53,893 bases of DNA from an uncultured Gemmatimonadaceae bacterium (GTDB lineage Bacteria > Gemmatimonadota > Gemmatimonadetes > Gemmatimonadales > Gemmatimonadaceae). Shown here in pieces: positions 1 to 8,536 of this stretch (positions within the stretch are counted from its first letter, which is position 1; each line of letters opens with the position of its first letter). The DNA lies in NCBI GenBank assembly GCA_964608035.1, contig CAZSNV010000001.1:1-53893 (forward strand). Reading direction: 5' to 3'. Position numbers and translations under genes: made by a program. Below the pieces are notes generated by a model. It was not told where the DNA came from. It worked only from the letters and a program-made list of their open reading frames with translations, and searched no databases.

Positions 1-5
1 AAGTT

Positions 6-947
6 CTACGGGCTGCCGCCGCCTAGTATCATGATCCCGCTCAGGCCACCCGAGCGCTTGGCGCCTAACACAATCGACGCCGTCTCGTTGACGTCGGCGT
101 TGGGGTCGATAACGCACTTGTTCCCGTCGAGCGTCAGCGCCGCGATGTTCATGCCGATCGACGAATCGCCCGGCGACGACGTGTAGACGGGAACGCCGCT
201 CTCGTACGCCGCCGCCAGCAGCGACTTCTTCCCGATCCCGAGCACGCGCTCCCGCTCGTGAATGTATTTCCCGCACAGCCAGTGGAACTCCGCGCTCGAC
301 ATCGGACGCTGGAACTCCTTCCCCTGGATGATCTGCCGGAAGAACGCGTCGGTGGACAGCAGCACGTCGTAATCGAAGAACACGTCGTAGATCCGGACGA
401 CACCTTCCTCGCGCAGCACGATGTCCGACGTCTGCGGGTTCCCGCGATGCATCGACAGCCCGAGCCCGAAATGCGTGTCATGGTACAGATTCGCGCCGGT
501 CGAAATGATCCAGTCGACGAATCCAGCCTCGATCAACGGAATGATCGCTGCCATGCCCAGGCCGGCCGGCGTCAGCGCGCCAGTCATCGTCAGGCCGACG
601 GTGACATTCCTGTCCAGCATCTTGTCGACGTAGAGCTGGCACGCCTCACGCAGTCGCGCCGCATTGTACGCGAGGAACGTTCCCTCGATGAGGTCGACGA
701 CTCGCTCGGTGCCATCGATCCTCCGCGGATCGATCGCACTCCCACGAAGAAACCTGCTCCGCTCCTTCGCGACGGGGGCTCCGAGCCTTGGCTCCGCGCC
801 GGCGCGTTCGCGTTCCTCCGCTTCCCGCTTCTGCTCTGCCTTGGGCCCGCCAGCGGTCGCCCGCTGGACGTGGCGGCCGACACGAGACGCCTTGAGACCA
901 ATCGAACGTGCCGGAGCCTTCGGTGTGCTGGCGCGCTTCTTTTTCAT
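6..947 (-). CDS. Deoxyhypusine synthase family protein (homospermidine/deoxyhypusine synthase-like); 3' end runs off the window; ~70-aa Lys/Arg-rich N-terminal extension
   Basis: ORF translation has the DHS-like core [38 protein letters not shown] ... [14 protein letters not shown]. There is no stop codon before the window edge. Confidence 0.8.
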   Translation of the reverse strand: MKKKRASTPKAPARSIGLKASRVGRHVQRATAGGPKAEQKREAEERERAGAEPRLGAPVAKERSRFLRGSAIDPRRIDGTERVVDLIEGTFLAYNAARLREACQLYVDKMLDRNVTVGLTMTGALTPAGLGMAAIIPLIEAGFVDWIISTGANLYHDTHFGLGLSMHRGNPQTSDIVLREEGVVRIYDVFFDYDVLLSTDAFFRQIIQGKEFQRPMSSAEFHWLCGKYIHERERVLGIGKKSLLAAAYESGVPVYTSSPGDSSIGMNIAALTLDGNKCVIDPNADVNETASIVLGAKRSGGLSGIMILGGGSP

Positions 948-972
948 TCGCCCTGAACCGTGGAGTGCGAGC

Positions 973-1941
973 TCATGGTACGTCGTGCGTGGCGCGGCGA
1001 TGCGACTCGAACGCCGCGATCACCGCATCGGCCGCCTCGCGAGGATCATCGGTGAGAAGGAAGAGATCCATGTCGCCCGGCGAGATCTTCTTTTCACCCA
1101 GCGCGCGCGCACCGAGCCAGCGAACCAGCCCCGCCCAGTAATGGCGGCCGAACAGCACCACCGGAAACTGGTTGATCTTGCCCGTCTGGATCAGCGTGAG
1201 CGCCTCGAACAGTTCATCGAGTGTGCCGAAGCCACCAGGGAAGATGATGTACGCACTCGAGTACTTGATGAACATCGTCTTGCGCACGAAGAAATACCGG
1301 AAGTGCACGACGGTATCGACGTAGGGATTCGTGCCCTGCTCGAAGGGCAATTCAATGTTGCATCCGATCGAGCGGCCACCGCCGAGTTTTGCGCCCTTGT
1401 TCGCCGCTTCCATGACGCCGGGACCGGCGCCGGTGATGATGTCGTAGCCGGCCGCCGCCAGCAGCCGCGCGGTTTCCTGCGCTGCCTGGTACATCGCGTC
1501 GTCGGGTCCTGTCCGCGCCGAACCGAAGAAGGCGACACCTTTCTCCACCGTCGCGAGAACGTCGAATCCCTCGATGAACTCGCCCATGATCCGCAGGACG
1601 CGCCACGGATCCGTCTTCGTGAAGTCTACCTGTCGAGGTCCCGGCTGCTGAAGGAGCTTGGCATCCTCTGTGAGCACGACCGCGTCGCGGATCGACGTGT
1701 CCACGCTGCGGTGCGCGCCGCTCGTGCGCGGCGTGCTGCCCTGCGAAGGCGGTGTGCGACCAGCCGCCAGATGTCCTTCCTCAGTGCGCTCCTTGGCCCC
1801 TTCCAGCGCCCGCTTCTCAGCGTCGGCCCGGCGGCCCGGATCGATGCGTGATCGTGAGTTCCTGGAACGGTTGCGCTTAGCGTCGGGACGGTCAGCAGGA
1901 TCGGCAGAGCTCGATCGGTCCCGTTGCTTGCGCTTTTTCAT
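973..1941 (-). CDS. LOG family protein (TIGR00730-type Rossmann fold nucleotide-binding protein / cytokinin riboside 5'-monophosphate phosphoribohydrolase-like) with ~95-aa basic N-terminal extension
   Basis: Motifs GSAR...[20 protein letters not shown] and [12 protein letters not shown] are typical of LOG proteins. It lies 25 nt upstream of the DHS-like gene on the same strand. Confidence 0.85.
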   Translation of the reverse strand: MKKRKQRDRSSSADPADRPDAKRNRSRNSRSRIDPGRRADAEKRALEGAKERTEEGHLAAGRTPPSQGSTPRTSGAHRSVDTSIRDAVVLTEDAKLLQQPGPRQVDFTKTDPWRVLRIMGEFIEGFDVLATVEKGVAFFGSARTGPDDAMYQAAQETARLLAAAGYDIITGAGPGVMEAANKGAKLGGGRSIGCNIELPFEQGTNPYVDTVVHFRYFFVRKTMFIKYSSAYIIFPGGFGTLDELFEALTLIQTGKINQFPVVLFGRHYWAGLVRWLGARALGEKKISPGDMDLFLLTDDPREAADAVIAAFESHRRATHDVP

Positions 1942-2250
1942 CGAGTAGGGCGATCAGAGATGGAACTGGTGGTGCGCGTCGCGGGAGTTTAGATGTGCGG
2001 CGATCTTCGCGGTACCCGGGCTGGGATCTCCGGCTGCGCTACGAGCCGATCGATCACGTATCGTCCCACGGGGCCTTGCACGCGGCGCACATGCTGGTGC
2101 CTCTTGTAGGGAACCGTCGCCTCACCCAAACGCCGCGTCGGACGGCGGATCTGTTTCCAGCCATGTTGAATGCCCTGGAACTCGGGGAACGGCGCGGATC
2201 CGGTGTAGACTTTGGCTAGCGCCCGGACGTAAAGGCGCGAGGAGGATCAA

Positions 2251-2649
2251 ATGCGCAGGGCTTTGTTGTGCGCCTTTGGCGTGGCGCTGATTGCGTGTGG
2301 CGGTGGTGGCGGCGGGGCCGCGCAGCCCTCGACCGTCTCTCGGCCGGTTCGCGGCCCGGCTGATGTGATTTCCGAAGCTGAGATCAAGGCCAGCGGCTTT
2401 CAGAGTGCGCTCGAAGTAGTCCAGAACCTCCGGCCGGCCATGATGAGGGCGCGGGGAACCAGCCCGCAGGGCGGCACGGTGGGTATAGCGCTCTTCGTTG
2501 ACGACACGAGAATGGGTGACGTGGGCGCAATGGCCAACATCCCGGCCGATCGCGTGAAGGAGATCCGGTACATCAACTCTCGCGATGCCACGACGCGCTG
2601 GGGAACGGGCTTCGGCAGCGGGGTTATTCAGGTGACGACGAAACGGTAG
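2251..2649 (+). CDS. Small lipoprotein with TonB-dependent-receptor plug-like domain (no barrel)
   Basis: Signal peptide with lipobox (LIAC). The body matches the plug-domain pattern (ISEAEI..SALEVVQNLRP...FVDD...IPADRVKEIRYI...ATTRWG..GSGVIQVTTK). An RBS-like gaggagg precedes the ATG. Confidence 0.6.
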   Translation: MRRALLCAFGVALIACGGGGGGAAQPSTVSRPVRGPADVISEAEIKASGFQSALEVVQNLRPAMMRARGTSPQGGTVGIALFVDDTRMGDVGAMANIPADRVKEIRYINSRDATTRWGTGFGSGVIQVTTKR

Positions 2650-2726
2650 GCGTCGAAGACAGCGGCGTCAGTTACCTTCATTCGAACCCGACGCGGGTTG
2701 CGCCCGTGCACCACAGGAGATTTGTC

Positions 2727-3089
2727 ATGCGAATTGCAGCGTTGGCGCTAGGCCTTGTGATCGCGGGCGGAGCGTGCGCCAGTCGAGGAACGCCCGCCGG
2801 TGAGCCGTCCGTAACCGCCACCTCGACGGCGCGACGCACAAACGTCATCTCGTCGCAGGAAATCCGGGAGAGCTCGGCGCCGTCCCTCGCGGACCTGATC
2901 CGCCAGGTCCGTCCGGGTTGGCCAACCGCGGTCACAATCGTACTGAACAACGAAGTCATGGGCGGATACGACATCCTGCGCAGCCAGCCGGTGAGCAACA
3001 CGAGCGAGATCCGCTACCTCACCAAGTCCGAGGCCCAGATGAAATGGGGATCGCGCGTCGCGGAAGTGATCCAGGTGATCACCCGATAG
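2727..3089 (+). CDS. Small lipoprotein with plug-like domain, paralog of 2251..2649
   Basis: Lipobox (AGGAC). Same architecture as its neighbour (ISSQEI...SLADLIRQVRP...IRYL...AQMKWGSRVAEVIQVITR). I prefer the start at M8 of the tracked ORF (ATG at 2727). Confidence 0.6.
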   Translation: MRIAALALGLVIAGGACASRGTPAGEPSVTATSTARRTNVISSQEIRESSAPSLADLIRQVRPGWPTAVTIVLNNEVMGGYDILRSQPVSNTSEIRYLTKSEAQMKWGSRVAEVIQVITR

Positions 3090-3095
3090 CGGGCG

Positions 3096-3371
3096 GTGAT
3101 GGGAACGGCGGAGACGGCGCGGTCACATGGATGGGGAGCCCTGCTACTCGGGCTCGCGGTCCGCGCCGCCACTTCGCCTTCACTGGCTCGGGATCTTCTG
3201 CGGTTGACTTGGGCGTTCCGGTCGCGCCGCTGGTTCCTCAGGCCGCCCTTCCTGCCGATTCCCTCCGGCGCCTATATGCGATGGCGCATGTACACCGCGT
3301 ACGGCGATGAACGCGCGGTGCCTCCGGTGCAGGACGTGATCCGGTACGCGCGATGGGCCGGGCGCCGCTGA
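3096..3371 (+). CDS. Hypothetical small protein (91 aa)
   Basis: GTG start 7 nt after the preceding stop. Coding-like GC3. Trp/Arg-rich motif WFLRPPFLPIPSGAYMRWRMYTAYGD. Overlaps the queG start by 19 nt. No family recognised. Confidence 0.35.
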   Translation: MMGTAETARSHGWGALLLGLAVRAATSPSLARDLLRLTWAFRSRRWFLRPPFLPIPSGAYMRWRMYTAYGDERAVPPVQDVIRYARWAGRR

Positions 3372-4537
3372 CGTCACCCCGCCCGGCGCCGGAAGCCGGG
3401 CGGGTCAAGGCGCAGGCCTACGCGTTAGGCTTCGACCTGGCAGGAATCGCGCGACTGGGGCCCGCCGGCACCTTCCCGGCGTTCGAGCAATGGCTGGCGC
3501 GCGGCCATGCCGGCGACATGGGCTGGCTCCGTCGCGATGCCGCCCTCCGCCGCGACACGCGACTTCCCCATCGCGGCGCCCGATCAGCGATCGTCGTTGC
3601 CCTCGACTACGGCGGCCGGCAACCCCCCGGCACCGTCGCCCGTTATGCGCGCGGGCGTGATTACCACGGCGTCATGAAGGAGCGTCTTTACGCGCTCCTT
3701 CGGTGGGTCGAAACCGAGACCGGAGGGCGTGTCTCGGGACGCCCCTACGTCGACACTGGTCCGATTTTGGAACGCGACCTCGCCCGCCTGGCCGGTCTGG
3801 GATGGTTCGGAAAGAACACGATGCTCATCCACCCCAGGCGCGGGTCGTTCCTGTTCCTAGGCGCGCTGTTCGTCGATCTCGAACTGGAAGCCGATCCGCC
3901 ATTTGGCGAGGAGCATTGCGGGACCTGCCGCCGTTGCATCGACGCCTGCCCCACCAGCGCGATTGCCGACGAAGGCGTCCTCGATGCCACCCGCTGCATT
4001 TCGTACCTCACCATCGAAAAGCGGGGCGCCATCGCCGCCGAGTGGCGAAAGCCCATCGGCACCATGGTGTATGGCTGCGACATCTGTCAGGACGTTTGCC
4101 CCTGGAACGTCCGATTCGCCCGGGACGCGGAGGATCCTGACCTGGCGACAGGAAGCCTTGAGGCATCTCCTGACCCGGTGGCGCTATTGCAGATGGACGG
4201 CGCCGCGTTCCAGCGACGCTTCGGGGGCACGGCCGTGACTCGGGCCGGCCGGCAAGGCCTCTCGAGAAATGCTGCGATCGCGCTGGGTAATCGCGGCGAT
4301 CCGGGAGATGTCGCCGCACTGGCCAACTCCCTGACGCTGGAGCCGGATCCCGTCGTGCGCGCCCACGTGGCCTGGGCACTCGGCGCACTCGGGACGCCTG
4401 ACGCGGTGGACGCGCTTCGCGCGCGCGCCCTCGAGGAGCGGGAGACGATGGTGCTTAACGAGATAGCTCTCGCGCTTCGCGCGGAGGCTCCAGGCTCGAG
4501 GCTTGAGGCTCGAGAGAGCGTGAAGAGCGGAGACTAG
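3353..4537 (+). CDS. queG: tRNA epoxyqueuosine(34) reductase QueG
   Basis: Two 4Fe-4S motifs (CGTCRRCIDACP, CDICQDVCPWN). N-terminal LGFDLAGIA...W...G..G.M.WL. HEAT-like C-terminus (DPVVRAHVAWALG). Confidence 0.9.
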   Translation: MGRAPLTSPRPAPEAGRVKAQAYALGFDLAGIARLGPAGTFPAFEQWLARGHAGDMGWLRRDAALRRDTRLPHRGARSAIVVALDYGGRQPPGTVARYARGRDYHGVMKERLYALLRWVETETGGRVSGRPYVDTGPILERDLARLAGLGWFGKNTMLIHPRRGSFLFLGALFVDLELEADPPFGEEHCGTCRRCIDACPTSAIADEGVLDATRCISYLTIEKRGAIAAEWRKPIGTMVYGCDICQDVCPWNVRFARDAEDPDLATGSLEASPDPVALLQMDGAAFQRRFGGTAVTRAGRQGLSRNAAIALGNRGDPGDVAALANSLTLEPDPVVRAHVAWALGALGTPDAVDALRARALEERETMVLNEIALALRAEAPGSRLEARESVKSGD

Positions 4538-4585
4538 AGGCGTTAGGGACAACTCTAGCCTCAAAGCCTCGAGCCTTTCGCCTCG
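4484..4585. repeat. Heptamer-built imperfect palindrome; its left arm encodes the last ~17 codons of queG
   Basis: gaggctc|caggctc|gaggctt|gaggctc|gagag pairs with ctctagcctcaaagcctcgagcctttcgcctc. Confidence 0.8.
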
Positions 4586-4610
4586 ATCGTTGCGCGCCCC
4601 CGCAACGATC
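4585..4610. repeat. Perfect 10-bp stem hairpin gatcgttgcg-cgcccc-cgcaacgatc
   Basis: Direct reading of the sequence. There is no U-tract. Confidence 0.7.
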
Positions 4611-4662
4611 AGTCGATATCGGCGGCGCCCCACCACTCGAGACGAAGGCCACAAGTCCGCTT

Positions 4663-4697
4663 CCGCTTTGCGCTTTGCGCTCTGCGCTCTGCGCTCC
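4663..4697. repeat. Tandem heptamer array (gctttgc/gctctgc x ~5); the same word family occurs at 5709-5735 (inverted), 5824-5855 and 19185-19213
   Basis: ccgctttgcgctttgcgctctgcgctctgcgctcc. Confidence 0.8.
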
Positions 4698-4908
4698 GGA
4701 GATGGCCCGTCACTTGCTTAACACAATTTGTAACGTCTCGGGCAGGACGAGAGTCTTGCATTGAGGGTCCGATCCACTTCCGTCGGCCGGAATTGAATCG
4801 GCTCTCATCTCGGTGATGCGCACGCGAAACTGGCTCTTGCCGTTCCCAGGGTCGCCAATGACATTCCCGCGCCGGTCGAATCTGAATTGGCCGCTACACG
4901 GACCCTGA

Positions 4909-5706
4909 ATGAAACGGTTCGACCTCGCAGTGGGATCTGCGCTCACTTTGCTGGGCGCCTTCGTAACGCGTGAAGCGTTGGCCACGCGTGCGCTGTCCGG
5001 TGCCGAGCGCACTGCCAGCTTCGGCATCGCCCGCGTGGACACAGTGGCGTCCCCCGACTCGGTAACCGACTCGGTAATCGTTGTTCGCCTACCCGTTGTC
5101 AGGATCCCTGCGCAGTCTTCCGCTCCTGACACCAGGCGTCGCCTCGAGCTTGCAAGCCAGGATACGTACATCGCCGATGTGATTGCGTCGCACGACTCTG
5201 CGCTGGCACGCTGGCCCGATCGCGCCGGCAATCCGTTACGAGTGTGGGTCCAGCCGTCGTCCCACCACCCGGGATTCGACGGGGCACTTGTCCCTGTCGT
5301 TCGCCGCGCCTTCGTCGAGTGGTCCGAAGTCGGAATCCCGGTGCCATTCAGCTTCGTCCTGGATTCCGGCATGGCCGACGTGCACGTGACCTGGGTCGAC
5401 AAGTTCAACGAGTCGATCAGCGGAAAGACCCTCTGGGCGCACGACGACGACTGGTGGATCATCGACGCCAACATCCAGTTGGCGGTCCACCATCACTCAG
5501 GCGAGAGGCTCGACTCAACCTCGATCCGCGCGATCGCGATGCACGAGGTGGGGCACCTCCTTGGCCTGGACCACACGACCGACACGACGTCGATCATGGC
5601 GCCCAAGGTGCGGGTCCGCGACCTGTCGGCTGCCGATCGGGCAACGGCGCAGCTGTTGTATCGGCTGCCGGCTGGGCGGCTGGGCGAGGGGTCTTCGCGC
5701 CGGTAA
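4909..5706 (+). CDS. Matrixin (M10) family zinc metalloprotease, secreted
   Basis: HEVGHLLGLDH zinc motif followed by the Met-turn SIMAP. N-terminal signal-like segment. Confidence 0.8.
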   Translation: MKRFDLAVGSALTLLGAFVTREALATRALSGAERTASFGIARVDTVASPDSVTDSVIVVRLPVVRIPAQSSAPDTRRRLELASQDTYIADVIASHDSALARWPDRAGNPLRVWVQPSSHHPGFDGALVPVVRRAFVEWSEVGIPVPFSFVLDSGMADVHVTWVDKFNESISGKTLWAHDDDWWIIDANIQLAVHHHSGERLDSTSIRAIAMHEVGHLLGLDHTTDTTSIMAPKVRVRDLSAADRATAQLLYRLPAGRLGEGSSRR

Positions 5707-5708
5707 TT

Positions 5709-5855
5709 AGCGCAAAGCGCAAAGCGCAAAGAGGGAGCGAAACCGAGACTTGGTTTTCGCTCCCTCGAGTTTTTGCCCGATAGCCAGCGAAGAGCGAAGA
5801 GCGCCGAGGGGTTGCGGGGCACCCCCTTTGCGCTTGGCGCTTTGCGCTCTGCGCT
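5709..5855. repeat. Compound palindrome: outer heptamer arms (gcgcaaa x3 / ctttgcg x3) enclosing inner hairpins
   Basis: agcgcaaagcgcaaagcgcaaagaggg ... ccctttgcgcttggcgctttgcgctctgcgct. Confidence 0.8.
5731..5775 (+). terminator. Intrinsic terminator of the metalloprotease gene (inner hairpin of the compound palindrome)
   Basis: gagggagcgaaac-cgagacttg-gttttcgctccctc, followed by gagttttt. Confidence 0.7.
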
Positions 5856-5859
5856 GCCC

Positions 5860-6996
5860 CTACCACCGGAGCTGCACCGTCTCCCGCTTACGGTCTCGCA
5901 CAATCACCAGGGTGACCACGCGATCGGTCGCGTTGTTTATCACCCGCTGCAGCTGCTGGATCGACCGAAGGTCAACGCTGTCCGCTGACACGAGGATATC
6001 TCCGCCCAGCAGACCAGCTTCGCGTCCGGGCGTGCCCGGGAGCACCTGGTTCACCAGGATACCGTGCGCCACGCCCAACGCGCGGCTCGACTCGGTGCTG
6101 AGCGCGACGAGTTGAACGCCGGCGAGAGAGTTCGCGCCGCCGGTGAAGAGCGAAACCATAGGTCCGGCCATTACGCCACCCGTCCCCCGCGCCGCGGCGA
6201 TGGCGACACCCGATGTGTCCCGGCGAGGACGGACCATGCTGTATGCGAATTTCCCCGGTCCGGTTTCGACCCGCACGATAGCCGGAGCCTGCGCCGGCAT
6301 CGGTCTCACCAGATACGCCATCGCCGGCTCAACCCACGCGCACGGGGTCGTTGTGACCTCGGGAAGCGGCTCAACCTTCGGCATCAGGGTGACCGTCTCC
6401 CCATCGCGTTGCAGCTTGATGATGATCTCCCTGCCCGGCCGAAGGATTTCGGCGAAAGCCACGCTCGTTTGCAGCAAGCGCTGCCCGCCAATCTCCAACA
6501 GCACGTCACCAGCGCGCATGCCTACGCGATCGGCGGGCGAACCCGGGTCGACTGACGCAACCGTGGGTAGCTCGAGGAACCGGATGTATGTCGTTCCATC
6601 GCCCCGCTGTTCTTTCAGTTGGACGCCCGTCGTGGCAACACCCAACCAGCCTTCCGGCTTCCGCGCCGTAGCGCACAACGTCTCGATCCGGCGCTTGAGT
6701 TTCCCCTGCTCCAGTGACGCTTCCCGCATCCGGTTGTAGAGAAGCTGCGACTCGGCCTGGAGCTTGTAGTGCTGCGAATCGGGCTGCGCGGCCTGCTTCC
6801 GCATCTCGACTTCAGCCAGCATGCGGAACAGCGCCAGTTCGAGACTGCGCTGGGTAAGGAGCTGCTCCTTCAACCGGTCGACGTCCATCTGATAGCTGGA
6901 CACCGTGCGTGCGGAGACGGTATCGCGCGGCTGCTGCGCGGCCAGCGACGACGACACCAGTGTCGCCGGTAGCAGTAACAAGACCCGCTTCGCCAT
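5860..6996 (-). CDS. PDZ domain-containing periplasmic protein (two PDZ-like domains)
   Basis: Signal peptide MAKRVLLLLPATLVSSSLAAQ (ATG at 6996). PDZ-like segments GMRAGDVLLEIGGQRL and GLLGGDILVSADSVDL. Downstream of the anti-sigma gene. Confidence 0.7.
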   Translation of the reverse strand: MAKRVLLLLPATLVSSSLAAQQPRDTVSARTVSSYQMDVDRLKEQLLTQRSLELALFRMLAEVEMRKQAAQPDSQHYKLQAESQLLYNRMREASLEQGKLKRRIETLCATARKPEGWLGVATTGVQLKEQRGDGTTYIRFLELPTVASVDPGSPADRVGMRAGDVLLEIGGQRLLQTSVAFAEILRPGREIIIKLQRDGETVTLMPKVEPLPEVTTTPCAWVEPAMAYLVRPMPAQAPAIVRVETGPGKFAYSMVRPRRDTSGVAIAAARGTGGVMAGPMVSLFTGGANSLAGVQLVALSTESSRALGVAHGILVNQVLPGTPGREAGLLGGDILVSADSVDLRSIQQLQRVINNATDRVVTLVIVRDRKRETVQLRW

Positions 6997-7069
6997 GGGA
7001 ACATGGCGACGCTTCGAGATCGGTGAAGCCGAATGCATTTCCACGTGTTGCCTGTTCAAGACTGCACTC

Positions 7070-7810
7070 CTAGAACCGCGACAGCCGCGACCCCGTGGGA
7101 AGGGCCGACGCGAGTTTGCCCAGTGTCATGTTCCTGGCGCCGAGCGTGGTGAAGTAGACCTGGTTGATGATTGGATCGGCGGGTGCTTCACTGAGCGCCC
7201 GAAGTGACGTCTCCGCCATCTCGTCGAGGGCAGCGAGCGTCGTCCGGTATGCTTCCGATGCGCCCTCCGACGTGCTCGTGTCGTTGTTGGCGAGGTACAG
7301 CGCCGCTCGTTCATAGTCCTGCTGCGCGCGTTGCAACACCTGCATGGCGGAAGCGCTGGACGCAAAGTCTTCGGTCGTCATTGAAACCTGAGACGCCGAT
7401 GCCGCATCGGAGCCGGCGAGTGCCAGCGCCGAGCGAAGCGGCATGCCAGCAGTGATTCGGCCACTCACGAGTCCCGTGACGAGGATCCCTATCCCGGCCG
7501 CGGTGCGCCACGCGATCGCTGTGATCTTCGCGATGAATACGGTGCGAGCGGTCGCCTGCTCGCGCGTCGTGATGAGGCCCTGCTCACGGAGCTCTTCACT
7601 GAGCATGCCCCAGGTGGTGATCGGTGGCGCAATGCGACGACGCTCGTCGGCCGCCATCGAGACCACCCGATAGTAGGCCACGCGCTCCGCGGCGCACATT
7701 GCGCACTCGGCGAGGTGTTGTTCTTCGGCGACGGTCGGCTCGCTATCAGCGAGTTCCGCCAGTCGTTCAATAAGCAGGTGCTGCATTCTCTTGTCCTGGT
7801 TCATGCCCAT
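7070..7810 (-). CDS. Anti-sigma factor (zf-HC2 type) with one TM segment
   Basis: HLAECAMCAAE zinc-finger-like motif near the N-terminus. Immediately downstream of, and overlapping, the ECF sigma gene. The start is ambiguous (7810, 7804 or 7786). Confidence 0.65.
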   Translation of the reverse strand: MGMNQDKRMQHLLIERLAELADSEPTVAEEQHLAECAMCAAERVAYYRVVSMAADERRRIAPPITTWGMLSEELREQGLITTREQATARTVFIAKITAIAWRTAAGIGILVTGLVSGRITAGMPLRSALALAGSDAASASQVSMTTEDFASSASAMQVLQRAQQDYERAALYLANNDTSTSEGASEAYRTTLAALDEMAETSLRALSEAPADPIINQVYFTTLGARNMTLGKLASALPTGSRLSRF

Positions 7811-8342
7811 GTGCGTCAACCAAGTGCGCGAGCAAGCGGCGAAGCTTGGCCCGCGCCTTGAACAACTGCGACTTGGATCCGCCGGCCGTGATCCCCAACT
7901 CCGTCGCGATCTCTTCGTGAGTGTAGCCTTCCACATCGTGCATCAGGAACACGGTTCGCGCTCCCGGCGAGAGCTTTGCTGCCGCCGCATCGATCACGGA
8001 ACGGAGCATTACCTGATCCCCTCCGTGTTCGACCGACACCGTGTCCTCGTCCATATCGGTCTCGATCTTGCTCAGCCGTCGAGTCCGGCGTAGCGCGTTG
8101 AGCGTTCGGTTCACGGCAATCCGGTGCGCCCAGGTCCCGAACTGCGATTCCCCGCGATACGACGGAAGCGCGCGGAAGATCTGGATCCAGACTTCCTGGG
8201 CGATGTCCTCGGCCAGGTCGGGATCTCCGGCCAGGCGTCTGACCACGGCATCGATGTGCGGCGCGTGCTGCGACCAAAGGGCTCGCAGCGCTCGCTCATC
8301 ACCTTCGATAGCGCGTTGGATCGTCAGAAAGTCCGTCGCCAT
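7767..8342 (-). CDS. RNA polymerase ECF-type sigma-70 factor
   Basis: Region 2 (DIAQEVWIQIFRALPSYRGESQFGTWAHRIAVNRTLN) and region 4 (YTHEEIATELGITAGGSKSQLFKARAKLR). Confidence 0.9.
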   Translation of the reverse strand: MATDFLTIQRAIEGDERALRALWSQHAPHIDAVVRRLAGDPDLAEDIAQEVWIQIFRALPSYRGESQFGTWAHRIAVNRTLNALRRTRRLSKIETDMDEDTVSVEHGGDQVMLRSVIDAAAAKLSPGARTVFLMHDVEGYTHEEIATELGITAGGSKSQLFKARAKLRRLLAHLVDAHGHEPGQENAAPAY

Positions 8343-8507
8343 GGCGTTTCGCTGTCTTTGTCACGGCCTGCCGCCGGGAGGTTGCAGGGAGAGGGAAAGG
8401 TGACCAATTCCGGCACGGATGGGTCTGTAGTTACGAATCATGGTCGGAAGTCGTGTAGCAGCAAGGGGATGACCCGTGATGGCCTCCTCCAATCCCTCAA
8501 GTTTTTC

Positions 8508-8536
8508 TTGACAGGTGCCGCGAATTGCCCTAATTA
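8508..8536 (+). promoter_or_regulatory. Possible sigma-70-type promoter (TTGACA-17 nt-TAATTA) in an AT-rich patch upstream of the hydrolase gene
   Basis: Perfect -35 and 17-nt spacer, but a weak -10. A T-rich tract lies just upstream. Phylum-specific consensus is unknown. Confidence 0.3.

Noticed and set aside
664-1851. Long ORFs on the opposite strand or in alternative frames of recognised genes (e.g. 664..1851, 258..956, 8613..9365, 11020..11712, 12677..13726, 13212..13925, 22837..23610, 23466..24176, 26348..27436, 43449..44327, 45547..46182, 47223..47942)
   Set aside because: They fully overlap CDSs with clear family signatures. Their translations are Arg/Pro/Gly/Ala-rich with no motifs, which is typical of high-GC stop-codon depletion artefacts.
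1942-2250. 309-bp gap upstream of the first plug-like gene, examined for a riboswitch, ncRNA or the tracked ORF 1995..2219
   Set aside because: I could identify no recognisable riboswitch core, promoter/terminator pair or protein motif. The ORF has junk-like composition.
2681-2699. ttcgaaccc motif reminiscent of a tRNA T-arm
   Set aside because: It is only a 6-bp hairpin (aacccg-acg-cgggtt) after the first plug-like gene. No acceptor, D or anticodon arms can be drawn around it.
4663-4697. Heptamer arrays and repeated palindromes considered as a possible CRISPR array
   Set aside because: The repeat unit is only 7 nt and the copies are contiguous with no spacers. No cas genes are present. The elements are dispersed singly in intergenic gaps.
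4710-4908. Possible small minus-strand ORF (…GQFRFDRRGNVIGDPGNGKSQFRVRITEMRADSIPADGSGSDPQCKTLVLPETLQIVLSK*) in the lower-GC leader upstream of the metalloprotease
   Set aside because: There is no convincing start codon or RBS before it would collide with the protease start. No family was recognised. It is more likely a 5' UTR or promoter region.
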